NCBI GenBank assembly: GCA_050173015.1
Contig: JBFXLE010000001.1
Span: 343,087 to 394,435, forward strand
Direction: 5' to 3'
Source: Calditrichaceae bacterium
GTDB taxonomy: Bacteria; Calditrichota; Calditrichia; Calditrichales; JBFXGD01
DNA length: 51,349 nt
Positions 27,457 to 36,187 of the stretch are shown here, one piece after another. The stretch's first letter is position 1; each line of letters begins with the position of its first letter. The notes under the pieces were generated by a model. The model ran no database searches and was not told the DNA's origin. It saw only the letters and a program-made list of their open reading frames with translations. The position numbers and the translations under genes are program-made.

Positions 27457-28890
27457 TTATTTAGAATACACCTTGATAGCGTCCATGGTGTCTTCAAACC
27501 ATTTAGAAGTGTGAGACCGTACCATTTGAACAAGACAGATCTGCGCGATAAATGGTTGAGGATTTTTTACGGATGTTTCATACAAATTGATAAGCGCATT
27601 GCTGTACTTGTCAAGATAAATACTATCAATCTGAGTTGGATCGCCCAGAACAATCAGCTTTGTGTCCTCGCCAAGTCGTGTACCAAGTGTTCTCATTTGA
27701 AAAGGATTCGCGTTTTGCGCTTCATCGAAAATTACGAAGGAGTTCGCGAGATCAGCGCCCCGAACATCAGCCAGATTTAACATTTCAATGACACCTGAAT
27801 CAAGAAGCTTTTTGTAGCCCTCTTCCGAGTCGATATCCTTGGTAAACATGCGGAGTTTATCAACAAAAGGCCTCATCTTTGGGAGTAGTTTTCTTTTTAC
27901 GGAACCCGGAAGAAAGCCGATATCTTCTCCCAGACGGCTTTTTGTGACAATCGGTTTGATCAGTTTTATAGAATCATATTTTCGTTCTTTAAAAACTTTC
28001 TCAAGGGCGGCTGCCATGGCGATATGTGTTTTACCCGTACCGGCGCGGCCTATTATAATTTGGACTTTTATTGAATCATCCAACGCCTGCTGCATGCAGA
28101 CAGCTTGTTCAAAATTGGTTTCAAAATTTGTGTTGTCAAGTACTTTGGGAGACGTACCAAGCACTTTGATAGTGTGATAGTCAAAATAATTAATGCGGTC
28201 TCCCTTTCTGATTCCCAGCCCGAAGAATTGATTGGAAGGATCCATTAAGGCAATGCCCTCATTCTCACGCAAGTGCCATTTTTTTCTGTAGGGAATAGTC
28301 CAGTCAACCGACACTTTTGACGTAAATACCTGATTTATTTCTTCTTCTTCGAGCGTAATTGTTGTAATTGGCTGAAAAAAACTGGCCAGGTACTCTTCAG
28401 ATATCTTATCGTGCTGGTAATCTTCCGCATTGATGCCGAGCGCGGCGCATTTCACACGAAGATTCCTGTCTTTTGAAATCATTACAAAGTTACGGTTGGG
28501 AAATGCTTCTTTCAGACCGATAATCTGAGAAAGCATCGCATTGTCTTTGTAGCTCAATGCCAGTTCACTCGGGAAATTCCTGGATAAATAACCCCGGATA
28601 AATAGAAGAATACCGTTCTTGCCGTTAGGAATAGTTACCCCTGTACCTTGTGAATCTTCCCTTCCAAGCAAATTCTCCAGTTTCTGACCAATATCACGCG
28701 CGTTATATCCAATGACCGGATCACCTTTTTTAGCATCGATTTCTTCAAGTGTCAATAATGACAAAAGTACGATGTTTTCTTCAAATCTGAAGATGGCCGA
28801 AGGGTCATGCAATAGCACATTGGTATCGATAATATATGCATGCCGGTTATCGGGTTTGCTTAAAATGCTGAGATTATCAATTGTGTTCAT
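27457..28890 (-). CDS. PIN-domain PhoH-family ATPase (PhoH2/YlaK-like)
   Basis: N-terminal PIN motif IIDTNVLLHDP and SKDRNLRVK. Walker A GRAGTGKT, plus IGFLPG, RG, DEAQN and GDPTQID. Confidence 0.92.
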   Translation of the reverse strand: MNTIDNLSILSKPDNRHAYIIDTNVLLHDPSAIFRFEENIVLLSLLTLEEIDAKKGDPVIGYNARDIGQKLENLLGREDSQGTGVTIPNGKNGILLFIRGYLSRNFPSELALSYKDNAMLSQIIGLKEAFPNRNFVMISKDRNLRVKCAALGINAEDYQHDKISEEYLASFFQPITTITLEEEEINQVFTSKVSVDWTIPYRKKWHLRENEGIALMDPSNQFFGLGIRKGDRINYFDYHTIKVLGTSPKVLDNTNFETNFEQAVCMQQALDDSIKVQIIIGRAGTGKTHIAMAAALEKVFKERKYDSIKLIKPIVTKSRLGEDIGFLPGSVKRKLLPKMRPFVDKLRMFTKDIDSEEGYKKLLDSGVIEMLNLADVRGADLANSFVIFDEAQNANPFQMRTLGTRLGEDTKLIVLGDPTQIDSIYLDKYSNALINLYETSVKNPQPFIAQICLVQMVRSHTSKWFEDTMDAIKVYSK

Positions 28891-29392
28891 AGGGTATGCT
28901 TCCGGGATTGTGAATATCGTTTTATTTTTATCGAAACAAAATCAAAATGAATATTGATCCCTGAAAAATTGGAAATAAGCAGTCTGATCACAATAAAAGA
29001 ACTGATATAACTGTTAGAACGAACAAAAAACAAAATGAGAGAGAGCCTTAAGTCATTGAATGAAACATCTGCCGGGAATAACATCTTTTATAAAATATAA
29101 TACTTTATTTTGTATAAATCACCAATTTTTACATACAAAATAATTCGAAAATCTCTAAATAGATCCTAACTATTGCGGGAATGGGAATCACTTGATTTAA
29201 GTTTAGAGCTAAAAACTAAGCATTCGCGGCATTTTCTCTAAATATTCTTTGAGATGGCCAGGTATTTTAAATGGTCATGAAAGCCGGGTTTAAAAAGACA
29301 GTGAGCGATAAAAACAACTGTCCTTCTTTATCGTTTGAATTCCCCGCCGTGGAATTGTAAATTCAGCATTCATTAAGAAAAGGATTCATAAA

Positions 29393-30700
29393 ATGAATAA
29401 TGTGGAATTACTCGTTCCGGCGGGAACCATAGATAAAATGAAATTTGCTCTGTCATACGGTGCTGACGCGGTGTATGCCGGAGTCCCGAGATATTCACTG
29501 CGTGCCCGGGAAAACGATTTTACGATGGAGAACATGCAAGATGCCATCCGTTTTTCACACGGACTTGGGAAAAAATTTTACTTAACCATGAACATATTTC
29601 CCCACAACAGAAAAGTTGATTCATTTACACGTGTTTTAGATGACGTCGCCGGTCTGAAGCCGGACGGTTTAATTATGGCTGATCCGGGAATGATCATGCT
29701 TGCAAGAGAAAAATATCCGGAACTCGATATTCATCTTTCGACTCAGGCAAACACGGTGAATTGGGCGACGGTTAAATTCTGGCATAATTTAGGTGTCCGG
29801 CGTATTATTTTGAGCCGGGAATTATCCATTGAAGAAATTAGTGAGATAAAACAACGGGTGCCTGAAATTGAGCTTGAAGCTTTTGTCCATGGCGCGATAT
29901 GCATCGCATATTCAGGGCGATGCCTGTTGTCAAATTATTTCAATCACCGGGACGCGAACCAAGGCACCTGCACCAATGCCTGTCGATGGGAGTACAATAT
30001 GTACACTGAAAATCCTGAGTCGCGGGATGAAGGTAGCGCATATATACCCCTAAAAGGCAGTTTTTATCTCGAGGAAAAAGACCGCCCCGGATCATTAATG
30101 CAAATTGATGAAGATGAACACGGTACATATATTATGAACGCGAAAGATTTATCGGCCATCGAATTACTGGATCAGATGATAAAGGCCGGTATTGACAGTT
30201 TTAAGGTGGAAGGAAGAACAAAGTCGGTTTATTATGTGAGCACCATAACACGCGCCTACAGAAATGCCCTCGACCATTACCTGAGATCTGAACCGGTTCC
30301 TGAAAATATCCTGAATGAGGTCAACGCGGTCGCGAATAGAGGATATATCACCGGTTTTCTTGAAAAAAATCCGCTAGACAAGGGGCAGAATTATGAATCA
30401 GGTCATTCGGGGAATCATTCTCATGTATTCACCGGCATCGTTGATCATTGGGATCAACAAAACGAAATGGCCAGGATCCGTGTAAGAAACCGTTTCAAAA
30501 CAGGGGAACGGCTTGAGCTTATCACCCCGAATGAGACCATACCATTCCGGGTAGAGAGAATGACCGATATAAATGGCAAAATTATAGATATTGCCCATGG
30601 CGGCGGGACAGATGTATATATAAATATGCCGAAAGTGCCCGGAGAATACGCGCTTCTTCGCAAACCGGTCGCGGTTGCCGAGGCTGTAAGTCAAATATAA
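29393..30700 (+). CDS. trhP: U32-family tRNA 5-hydroxyuridine synthase (YegQ/TrhP)
   Basis: Motifs ELLVPAG, YGADAVYAG.PRYSLRAR, FVHGAICIAYSGRCLLSNY..RDANQGTCTNACRWEY, EDEHGTYIMN.KDL and KVEGRTKS.YY, as recalled for YegQ. Confidence 0.85.
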   Translation: MNNVELLVPAGTIDKMKFALSYGADAVYAGVPRYSLRARENDFTMENMQDAIRFSHGLGKKFYLTMNIFPHNRKVDSFTRVLDDVAGLKPDGLIMADPGMIMLAREKYPELDIHLSTQANTVNWATVKFWHNLGVRRIILSRELSIEEISEIKQRVPEIELEAFVHGAICIAYSGRCLLSNYFNHRDANQGTCTNACRWEYNMYTENPESRDEGSAYIPLKGSFYLEEKDRPGSLMQIDEDEHGTYIMNAKDLSAIELLDQMIKAGIDSFKVEGRTKSVYYVSTITRAYRNALDHYLRSEPVPENILNEVNAVANRGYITGFLEKNPLDKGQNYESGHSGNHSHVFTGIVDHWDQQNEMARIRVRNRFKTGERLELITPNETIPFRVERMTDINGKIIDIAHGGGTDVYINMPKVPGEYALLRKPVAVAEAVSQI

Positions 30701-30801
30701 ATCAGGCCCAGCTTTGTTGTTTTTTGTTTCAATAAAGATGAATTAAAAAATTTCATGCGGGAATCCGGTTTGAAATGAATTGTTTATAAGGATAAAAGAT
30801 A

Positions 30802-31560
30802 GTGGTTAATATTCACCAGTATAAAGAATTGACGACGTTCGAATTAGACAGAATGAATCGGGAAACCACGGTGTTTATTTTCCCGGTTAGCTTGCTGGAG
30901 GAACACGGGAATCATTTACCGCTGGGGGTCGATATTTACGTGGCGGAATTTATGGCCGGTAGATTGGCCGCGAGGATACCCGCAAAATTTGGATTTGATG
31001 AAATTGTTATCCTGCCTGCCTTGAATATGGGGGTTGGGGGAATACCTATGACAGGCACAATTGAGTCCGGTTATGACACGCTTGTTCAGGTTTTATTTGA
31101 ATATGGGAAAAGCCTGGCCAGGAGCGGATTTAAATATTGTCTGATCAGTAACGGTCATGCGGGAAGCCGTCATTTATCAGCATTGGAAACCGCAAAAATC
31201 CGGTTAATGAATGAGCTGCAATTTGAAATGATTCCCGCGGGAAATCGTGTAACGGAGATGTTCTTTTCGGGTGAGTTGTTAGAAGAGATCATCAAACGAT
31301 TACCGGAACAACTTTCAGCGAAAGCGGTAAAATACTTTTCCAGAGACGGGCATGCGGGATGGTGGGAGACATCCATGATGCTCCTGATAAGGCCGGAACT
31401 CGTTCGGTCTAATTACGGAGAATTGCAATATTCGGAAGATATCGGTGAAGTCGGATACAAGGGATATCCTGCATTCGCGGATCCAGGATTCGCGGAAATT
31501 ACGGTGGAGGTGATTCTTGATCATACCATTCTGCATCTTGAAGAATATTTTTCGAAATAA
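30802..31560 (+). CDS. Creatininase/creatinine amidohydrolase family protein
   Basis: Metal-binding motifs EEHGNHLPLGVD, NGHAG and GHAG.WETS. GTG start. Confidence 0.88.
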   Translation: MVNIHQYKELTTFELDRMNRETTVFIFPVSLLEEHGNHLPLGVDIYVAEFMAGRLAARIPAKFGFDEIVILPALNMGVGGIPMTGTIESGYDTLVQVLFEYGKSLARSGFKYCLISNGHAGSRHLSALETAKIRLMNELQFEMIPAGNRVTEMFFSGELLEEIIKRLPEQLSAKAVKYFSRDGHAGWWETSMMLLIRPELVRSNYGELQYSEDIGEVGYKGYPAFADPGFAEITVEVILDHTILHLEEYFSK

Positions 31561-31630
31561 AATAAAAGTATTTATCGATTCATATAAAAGTATTAATTTA
31601 GTGTAAATTAAATTGATCATACAGGATAAT

Positions 31631-32692
31631 ATGATAAACGGAAAAGATAAATTAATTCTCGAAAAACAATACTGTCTTGAGATGCTCCCCAAGGTATCGA
31701 GGACATTCGCTCCGACTATTAAGATGCTTCCGGTCGGACTCAATGTGCCCGTTACAGTGGCGTACCTTCTTTGCCGGATCGCGGATACGGTTGAAGACAA
31801 CGCGGAGCTTTCGATAGATCAGAAAAAAAAGATGCTCGATGCCTATGCCCGGATTTTTGATGATTCTAATTTGAGCGCGCAACCAAAATTTATGAAACTT
31901 GTTCCGTCTTTGTCCAGAGTGACTCCGGATGATGATTTGCTTTATAACCTGCCCACTATCCTTGATGTGTATTTTAGCTTCTCAGAAGGTGTGAGACGGC
32001 AAATAGGGAAGTGGGTGACGGAAATGTCGATGGGAATGCGAAAGTATGCCCAGTCGTCCAAAAAGAGAAGATTCACATTTTTGCGAACGATGAAAGAGTT
32101 GGATGAATATACATATTATGTTGCGGGAACCGTCGGCTATTTACTGACGGAGCTTTTTTCACATTACTCCAGAAAAATCACTCCGGCAGTGCGCGGAAAA
32201 CTTGAGCAGCTTGCTGAATCGTTTGGAAAAGGATTGCAATTGGTAAATATCATCCGTGATATGACCGTGGATTTAAGAAGAGGTCAATCATATATTCCGG
32301 ACGAATTACTAAAAAAATATCGTCTCACAAGACAATCAATTTTTAAAGAAGAAAATGCGGATCAGGCTGTAATGATGTTCAATGAATTAATCCAAAATGC
32401 CGTATTTCATCTTGATAAAGCGTTGGATTATATATTATTGATTCCGAAGGAAGAAAAAAGAATCCGGTTGTTCTGCATGCTGCCGCTGTTTTGGGCATTG
32501 CGGACGCTTCAAAAAATACATGAAAATACGTTGTCCCTGCTTGGCGAAGAAAAAGTAAAGGTCTCCCGAAAAATGATCCGCAGGGAGCTGTTTCTCGCAT
32601 TTATAAACATGTATTCCAATACACTAATGCGCAGGCATTATCGTCAAATACGAAAACAATTTGACGGACTGATCGTTTCATCTGCATCGTAA
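31631..32692 (+). CDS. Squalene/phytoene synthase family, single-enzyme squalene synthase type
   Basis: Motifs LPKVSRTF, YLLCRIADTVED, YTYYVAGTVG and LQLVNIIRD...DL.RG.SYIP. ATG at 31631 follows AGGA (the ORF track starts at TTG 31613). Confidence 0.85.
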   Translation: MINGKDKLILEKQYCLEMLPKVSRTFAPTIKMLPVGLNVPVTVAYLLCRIADTVEDNAELSIDQKKKMLDAYARIFDDSNLSAQPKFMKLVPSLSRVTPDDDLLYNLPTILDVYFSFSEGVRRQIGKWVTEMSMGMRKYAQSSKKRRFTFLRTMKELDEYTYYVAGTVGYLLTELFSHYSRKITPAVRGKLEQLAESFGKGLQLVNIIRDMTVDLRRGQSYIPDELLKKYRLTRQSIFKEENADQAVMMFNELIQNAVFHLDKALDYILLIPKEEKRIRLFCMLPLFWALRTLQKIHENTLSLLGEEKVKVSRKMIRRELFLAFINMYSNTLMRRHYRQIRKQFDGLIVSSAS

Positions 32693-32720
32693 TGGCCAAA
32701 TAATAAAGAACGTGTTGCCG

Positions 32721-32847
32721 TTATTCGGTAAATTTGTTACGCGTTCCGTCGCAAAAAGATTTATTCGCCGAATGTTTGCGCGTCCACCGGGCAGACGCCA
32801 AAATCTCTATCCGCAATGGCATGTTTTTTTTTGGGAAAGTTTTCCAT
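32721..32847 (-). pseudogene. Decayed CDGSH iron-sulfur domain gene
   Basis: The minus strand has GGAGGAG then ATG at 32847. With one A removed from an A9 run it reads MENFPKKNMPLRIEILASARWTRKHSANKSFCDGTRNKFTE*. Single-base changes restore AWCTCKHSANKPFCDGTHNK, the CDGSH consensus. Confidence 0.65.
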
Positions 32848-32997
32848 TTCTCCTCCCGCTGGTTCTTTTAACTAATAAGTTTGCAAATAAAAATAGTTGA
32901 CTTTAATTTACTCATTCCAGCAACTTAACCAAATGAAGTTTAATTGGTAGAAATTCTGCATAAGAATGGAATAAGAATTTCTGTTTGAATCCGGATT

Positions 32998-34404
32998 GTG
33001 ATAATGGATAATGTCAGTCTGAGTAAATACCTGAAGGATCTGTTTGGCGGTCAATTTACTGATTTTATGAGGGCGCGCCCTGAACCAAAAGCCGTCAGAG
33101 TAAATACGATCAAAACCACGGTCAGCGAGTTTGAGAATAAACTACTTCACTGGGATGTGGATTTTCATAGGTCCGGTATCAATGATTTGGGGATTATTAT
33201 AAATGATGATACTCTGCCCTTAAGCCACACACTTGAATTCTTTAGAGGGAATATTCAGTATCAGGGACTTTCGTCTCAGATACCGTCAATTGTTCTTAAT
33301 CCCCGGCCGGGAGAAAGGATACTTGATCTGGCAGCCGCGCCCGGTTCAAAATCCACTCAAATTGCCGCGATGATGCAAAATCAGGGTCAACTGGTTGTAA
33401 ATGATGCTTCGAGATCACGGCACCAACCACTGAATACCAATCTTCAAAAAGCAGGCGCGATGATTCAGTATATCTATAATCTGCCGGGGGAACGTCTGGG
33501 AAAAATTTTCCCGGACTACTTTGACAAAGTTCTGGTGGACGCTCCCTGCACCGCTTTGGGCACTCTCGCCACAAATCCTGAAATAATAAAATGGTGGACT
33601 CCGGAAAAGCTGGAGAAGCTGAACAGCTTGCAGGGTCAATTGCTCATTTCGGCAGTGAAGGCAGCCAGGACAGGCGGCGAAATTGTGTATTCCACATGCT
33701 CGGTTACTCCGGAAGAGAATGAGCTGGTCATTCAGAGTATCCTGGAAAAGTATCCCGTAGAAGTAGTTGAAATTAATATAAAAAAACTTGCGGGTTTTTC
33801 CGGTGGAATAACGGAGTACAAGGGACGAAAAATTAATCAGGAGCTCAACAGGGCCATTCGTATTATGCCGCATCTTCACGACATGGAAGGCTTTTTTGTT
33901 GTCCGGCTTATAAAGACAGGGGGAGTTAAATCAAATCGTCTGTCCGCCGGACAGGGCAAAAAATTGACGGTTGATCATAATCATGAGTCGGTGAAAAAGG
34001 GTCTGGAAAGTATTTCTGAAACATGGGGTATATCATCATCGTATTGGAGACAGCGGAGATATTTGCGCACGCGTAATCGTATTTGGATGTTTAACAATAA
34101 TGTTGAATCGTTTCCCGATGAGGGATTTACCAATGGAGGTATTTTACTGGGTGAAGAGAAATTGCGAATGTGGAAACTTACAAATCAAAGCGTTCAGTTA
34201 CTAAGCAATTTAATAACGCGGAGAAGGTTAGAATTGACAGACGCGCAATTGATTGAATTATTTAGTTCAGGAAAATTAAAAACTGACGATATAGAAGATG
34301 ACTATTTTGTGTTGGAAAGACATGGGAATCCGTTTGCGTCCGTTTATAATGATTCGGGAGAAATGCGAATACGTCTTCCGCATAAATTTAGTTTAGTGTT
34401 GTAG
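32998..34404 (+). CDS. rsmF: RsmF/NOL1/NOP2/Sun-family RNA m5C methyltransferase
   Basis: Motifs RVNTIK, ILDLAAAPGSKSTQIA, FDKVLVDAPCT, VYSTCS..PEENE and PH..DMEGFFV, plus an RsmF-like C-terminal extension. The start may be ATG 33004. Confidence 0.8.
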   Translation: MIMDNVSLSKYLKDLFGGQFTDFMRARPEPKAVRVNTIKTTVSEFENKLLHWDVDFHRSGINDLGIIINDDTLPLSHTLEFFRGNIQYQGLSSQIPSIVLNPRPGERILDLAAAPGSKSTQIAAMMQNQGQLVVNDASRSRHQPLNTNLQKAGAMIQYIYNLPGERLGKIFPDYFDKVLVDAPCTALGTLATNPEIIKWWTPEKLEKLNSLQGQLLISAVKAARTGGEIVYSTCSVTPEENELVIQSILEKYPVEVVEINIKKLAGFSGGITEYKGRKINQELNRAIRIMPHLHDMEGFFVVRLIKTGGVKSNRLSAGQGKKLTVDHNHESVKKGLESISETWGISSSYWRQRRYLRTRNRIWMFNNNVESFPDEGFTNGGILLGEEKLRMWKLTNQSVQLLSNLITRRRLELTDAQLIELFSSGKLKTDDIEDDYFVLERHGNPFASVYNDSGEMRIRLPHKFSLVL

Positions 34405-34508
34405 AGCGGGTATCGATTCGTTTATATTTGAATATGTTCAAACAGTGCCGGTTGATTGAAATGTAGCGATTTAATTAAATATTTTTCCAGAAGAATCCGT
34501 AAAAAGAC

Positions 34509-35660
34509 GTGAAAAATTTAAAAAAAATATTTGAACTAAGAAAACATCCCGCCTTCAGCGCCTTAATGACGTTATTGATTATTGCGATTGTGGCATCTTT
34601 TTTAATTAAGTTGTTTGAGGAAGGGATCAATAATCAGTTCAAAACTTTTTGGGACTCAGTCTGGTGGGTTTTTGTGACCATATCGACCGTTGGCTACGGT
34701 GATAAAGTACCTGTCACTCCTGTCGGCAAAGTTCTTGGTGTTATCCTGATGTTCTTTGGTGTCGCGATGCTCTCCGTAGTCACAGCAACAATTTCTTCCA
34801 TATTTGTTTCCCGTATGATAAGAGAGGGTAAAGGCTTGCAGAATGTAAAAATGGAAAATCATGTCCTTTTATGCGGCTGGAATGTTCAGGCTGAACAAAT
34901 ACTGGCTACTCTGGACAAAGAAAAGGAAAGAGCCGCTCCGATAGTATTGATCAATCAATTGTCCGAAGAGGATATTGATGTCGTATTATCGAAGTTCAGC
35001 AATCTGAAACTGAAATTTGTCCGCGGAGATTTCACAAGGGAAAATATTCTGACCCGGGCAAATGTCCGAAATGCGGTTTCCGCCATCATTTTGCCGGATA
35101 ATAGTTCGGCACTTGTAAAATCGGGTGATGAGCGAACAATCCTTGCCACGTTGTCTTTAAAAACACTTAATCCCAAAATTAAGGTGTATGCCCATATTCT
35201 TGATCGTGATAACATTTCTCACCTTCGGAAGGCAAAGGCAGACGAAGTAATCGTCAGTGATGCCTACACGGGATTTCTGCTTGCAAACTATGTTTCAGCC
35301 CCGGGGGTGCCGCAGCTTATCGAACAGATATTTTCGGCCAACGCGTCTAATAAAATCATCAGACGCCAGATTCCGGGCGAGCTTACCGGTCATAAATATT
35401 CTGAGTTGTCCGCTTATTATTCGGATCGTCATAAAGGAATTTTAATAGGGCTTGGACAGATTACAGAGCCGTTTAATCTGACGGAAATTCTGAGTGACGA
35501 TTATTCTTACCTCGATTCCTATATCATGCAAAAATTTAAAGAAGCCGGGCGTGGTATGGATGGGGATGAACAAATCAAAATCATGGTTAATCCTTCCCCG
35601 GATCTCGAGTTAAAGAGATCGGATTTTTATTTATCAATAGAGAGCAGTCAGCATGAGTAA
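34509..35660 (+). CDS. Two-TM potassium channel with C-terminal RCK (TrkA-N) domain
   Basis: Pore helix and filter WWVFVTISTVGYGD. RCK motifs HVLLCGWN, FVRGD and ADEVI. Confidence 0.92.
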   Translation: MKNLKKIFELRKHPAFSALMTLLIIAIVASFLIKLFEEGINNQFKTFWDSVWWVFVTISTVGYGDKVPVTPVGKVLGVILMFFGVAMLSVVTATISSIFVSRMIREGKGLQNVKMENHVLLCGWNVQAEQILATLDKEKERAAPIVLINQLSEEDIDVVLSKFSNLKLKFVRGDFTRENILTRANVRNAVSAIILPDNSSALVKSGDERTILATLSLKTLNPKIKVYAHILDRDNISHLRKAKADEVIVSDAYTGFLLANYVSAPGVPQLIEQIFSANASNKIIRRQIPGELTGHKYSELSAYYSDRHKGILIGLGQITEPFNLTEILSDDYSYLDSYIMQKFKEAGRGMDGDEQIKIMVNPSPDLELKRSDFYLSIESSQHE

Positions 35661-36186
35661 AAATATTCCAAAAGAATTATTATCAAAGATGGATTATCTC
35701 AAGGATGTTTCTCTTTTCAGGGACTTGGAGGAGAATGAGATAAATACTGTTGTTACCGAAATGAAAGTAAGAGAGATAGAAGCCGGACAGTTCTTTATTA
35801 AGGAAGGTGATTCAGATAATACCATTTACATTCTGCTGGAAGGCGAAGTGGAAATCTCAAAGTCGCTGGTGCTTCCTCAATGGATTCAATCCAGTCAGAA
35901 ACAGGAAAAATCACTTTTACATCTCTCGGAAAAACATCATCCGTTTTTTGGAGAAATGGCTATGTTTGACGACATCGCTGAACGTTCCGCGTCTGTAAAA
36001 ACCGTAAAAACCTGTTTGATGGCGATGCTTACAAAGAAAGACCTCCTAAGCATTTGTGAGAAAGATGCACGTATCGGGATGTTGATTTATCGTAATATCG
36101 CGTCTGAGCTTGTCGTTCGTTTACGCAAAGCCAACCGTGATATATTAAAGCTTACAACCGCGTTTACTCTAGCTCTGGAGGGGTGA
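35653..36186 (+). CDS. Stand-alone cyclic-nucleotide-binding domain protein
   Basis: Motifs LF.DL, IKEGD...IYILLEGEVEI and the phosphate-binding cassette FFGEMAMFD...RSASV. No HTH. Overlaps the channel gene by 8 nt. Confidence 0.9.
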   Translation: MSKNIPKELLSKMDYLKDVSLFRDLEENEINTVVTEMKVREIEAGQFFIKEGDSDNTIYILLEGEVEISKSLVLPQWIQSSQKQEKSLLHLSEKHHPFFGEMAMFDDIAERSASVKTVKTCLMAMLTKKDLLSICEKDARIGMLIYRNIASELVVRLRKANRDILKLTTAFTLALEG

Positions 36187-36187
36187 T

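Noticed and set aside
28891-29392. Divergent intergenic region with ORF 28887-29084 and a protein-like + strand stretch (about 28950-29100) broken by a stop
   Set aside because: There is no RBS or motif support. It is probably promoter DNA, and a gene relic cannot be shown by eye.
32708-32832. Possible structured ncRNA or terminator (several short hairpins followed by T9), and the + strand ORF 32712-32900
   Set aside because: The stems are short, and the region is better explained as a minus-strand CDGSH pseudogene.
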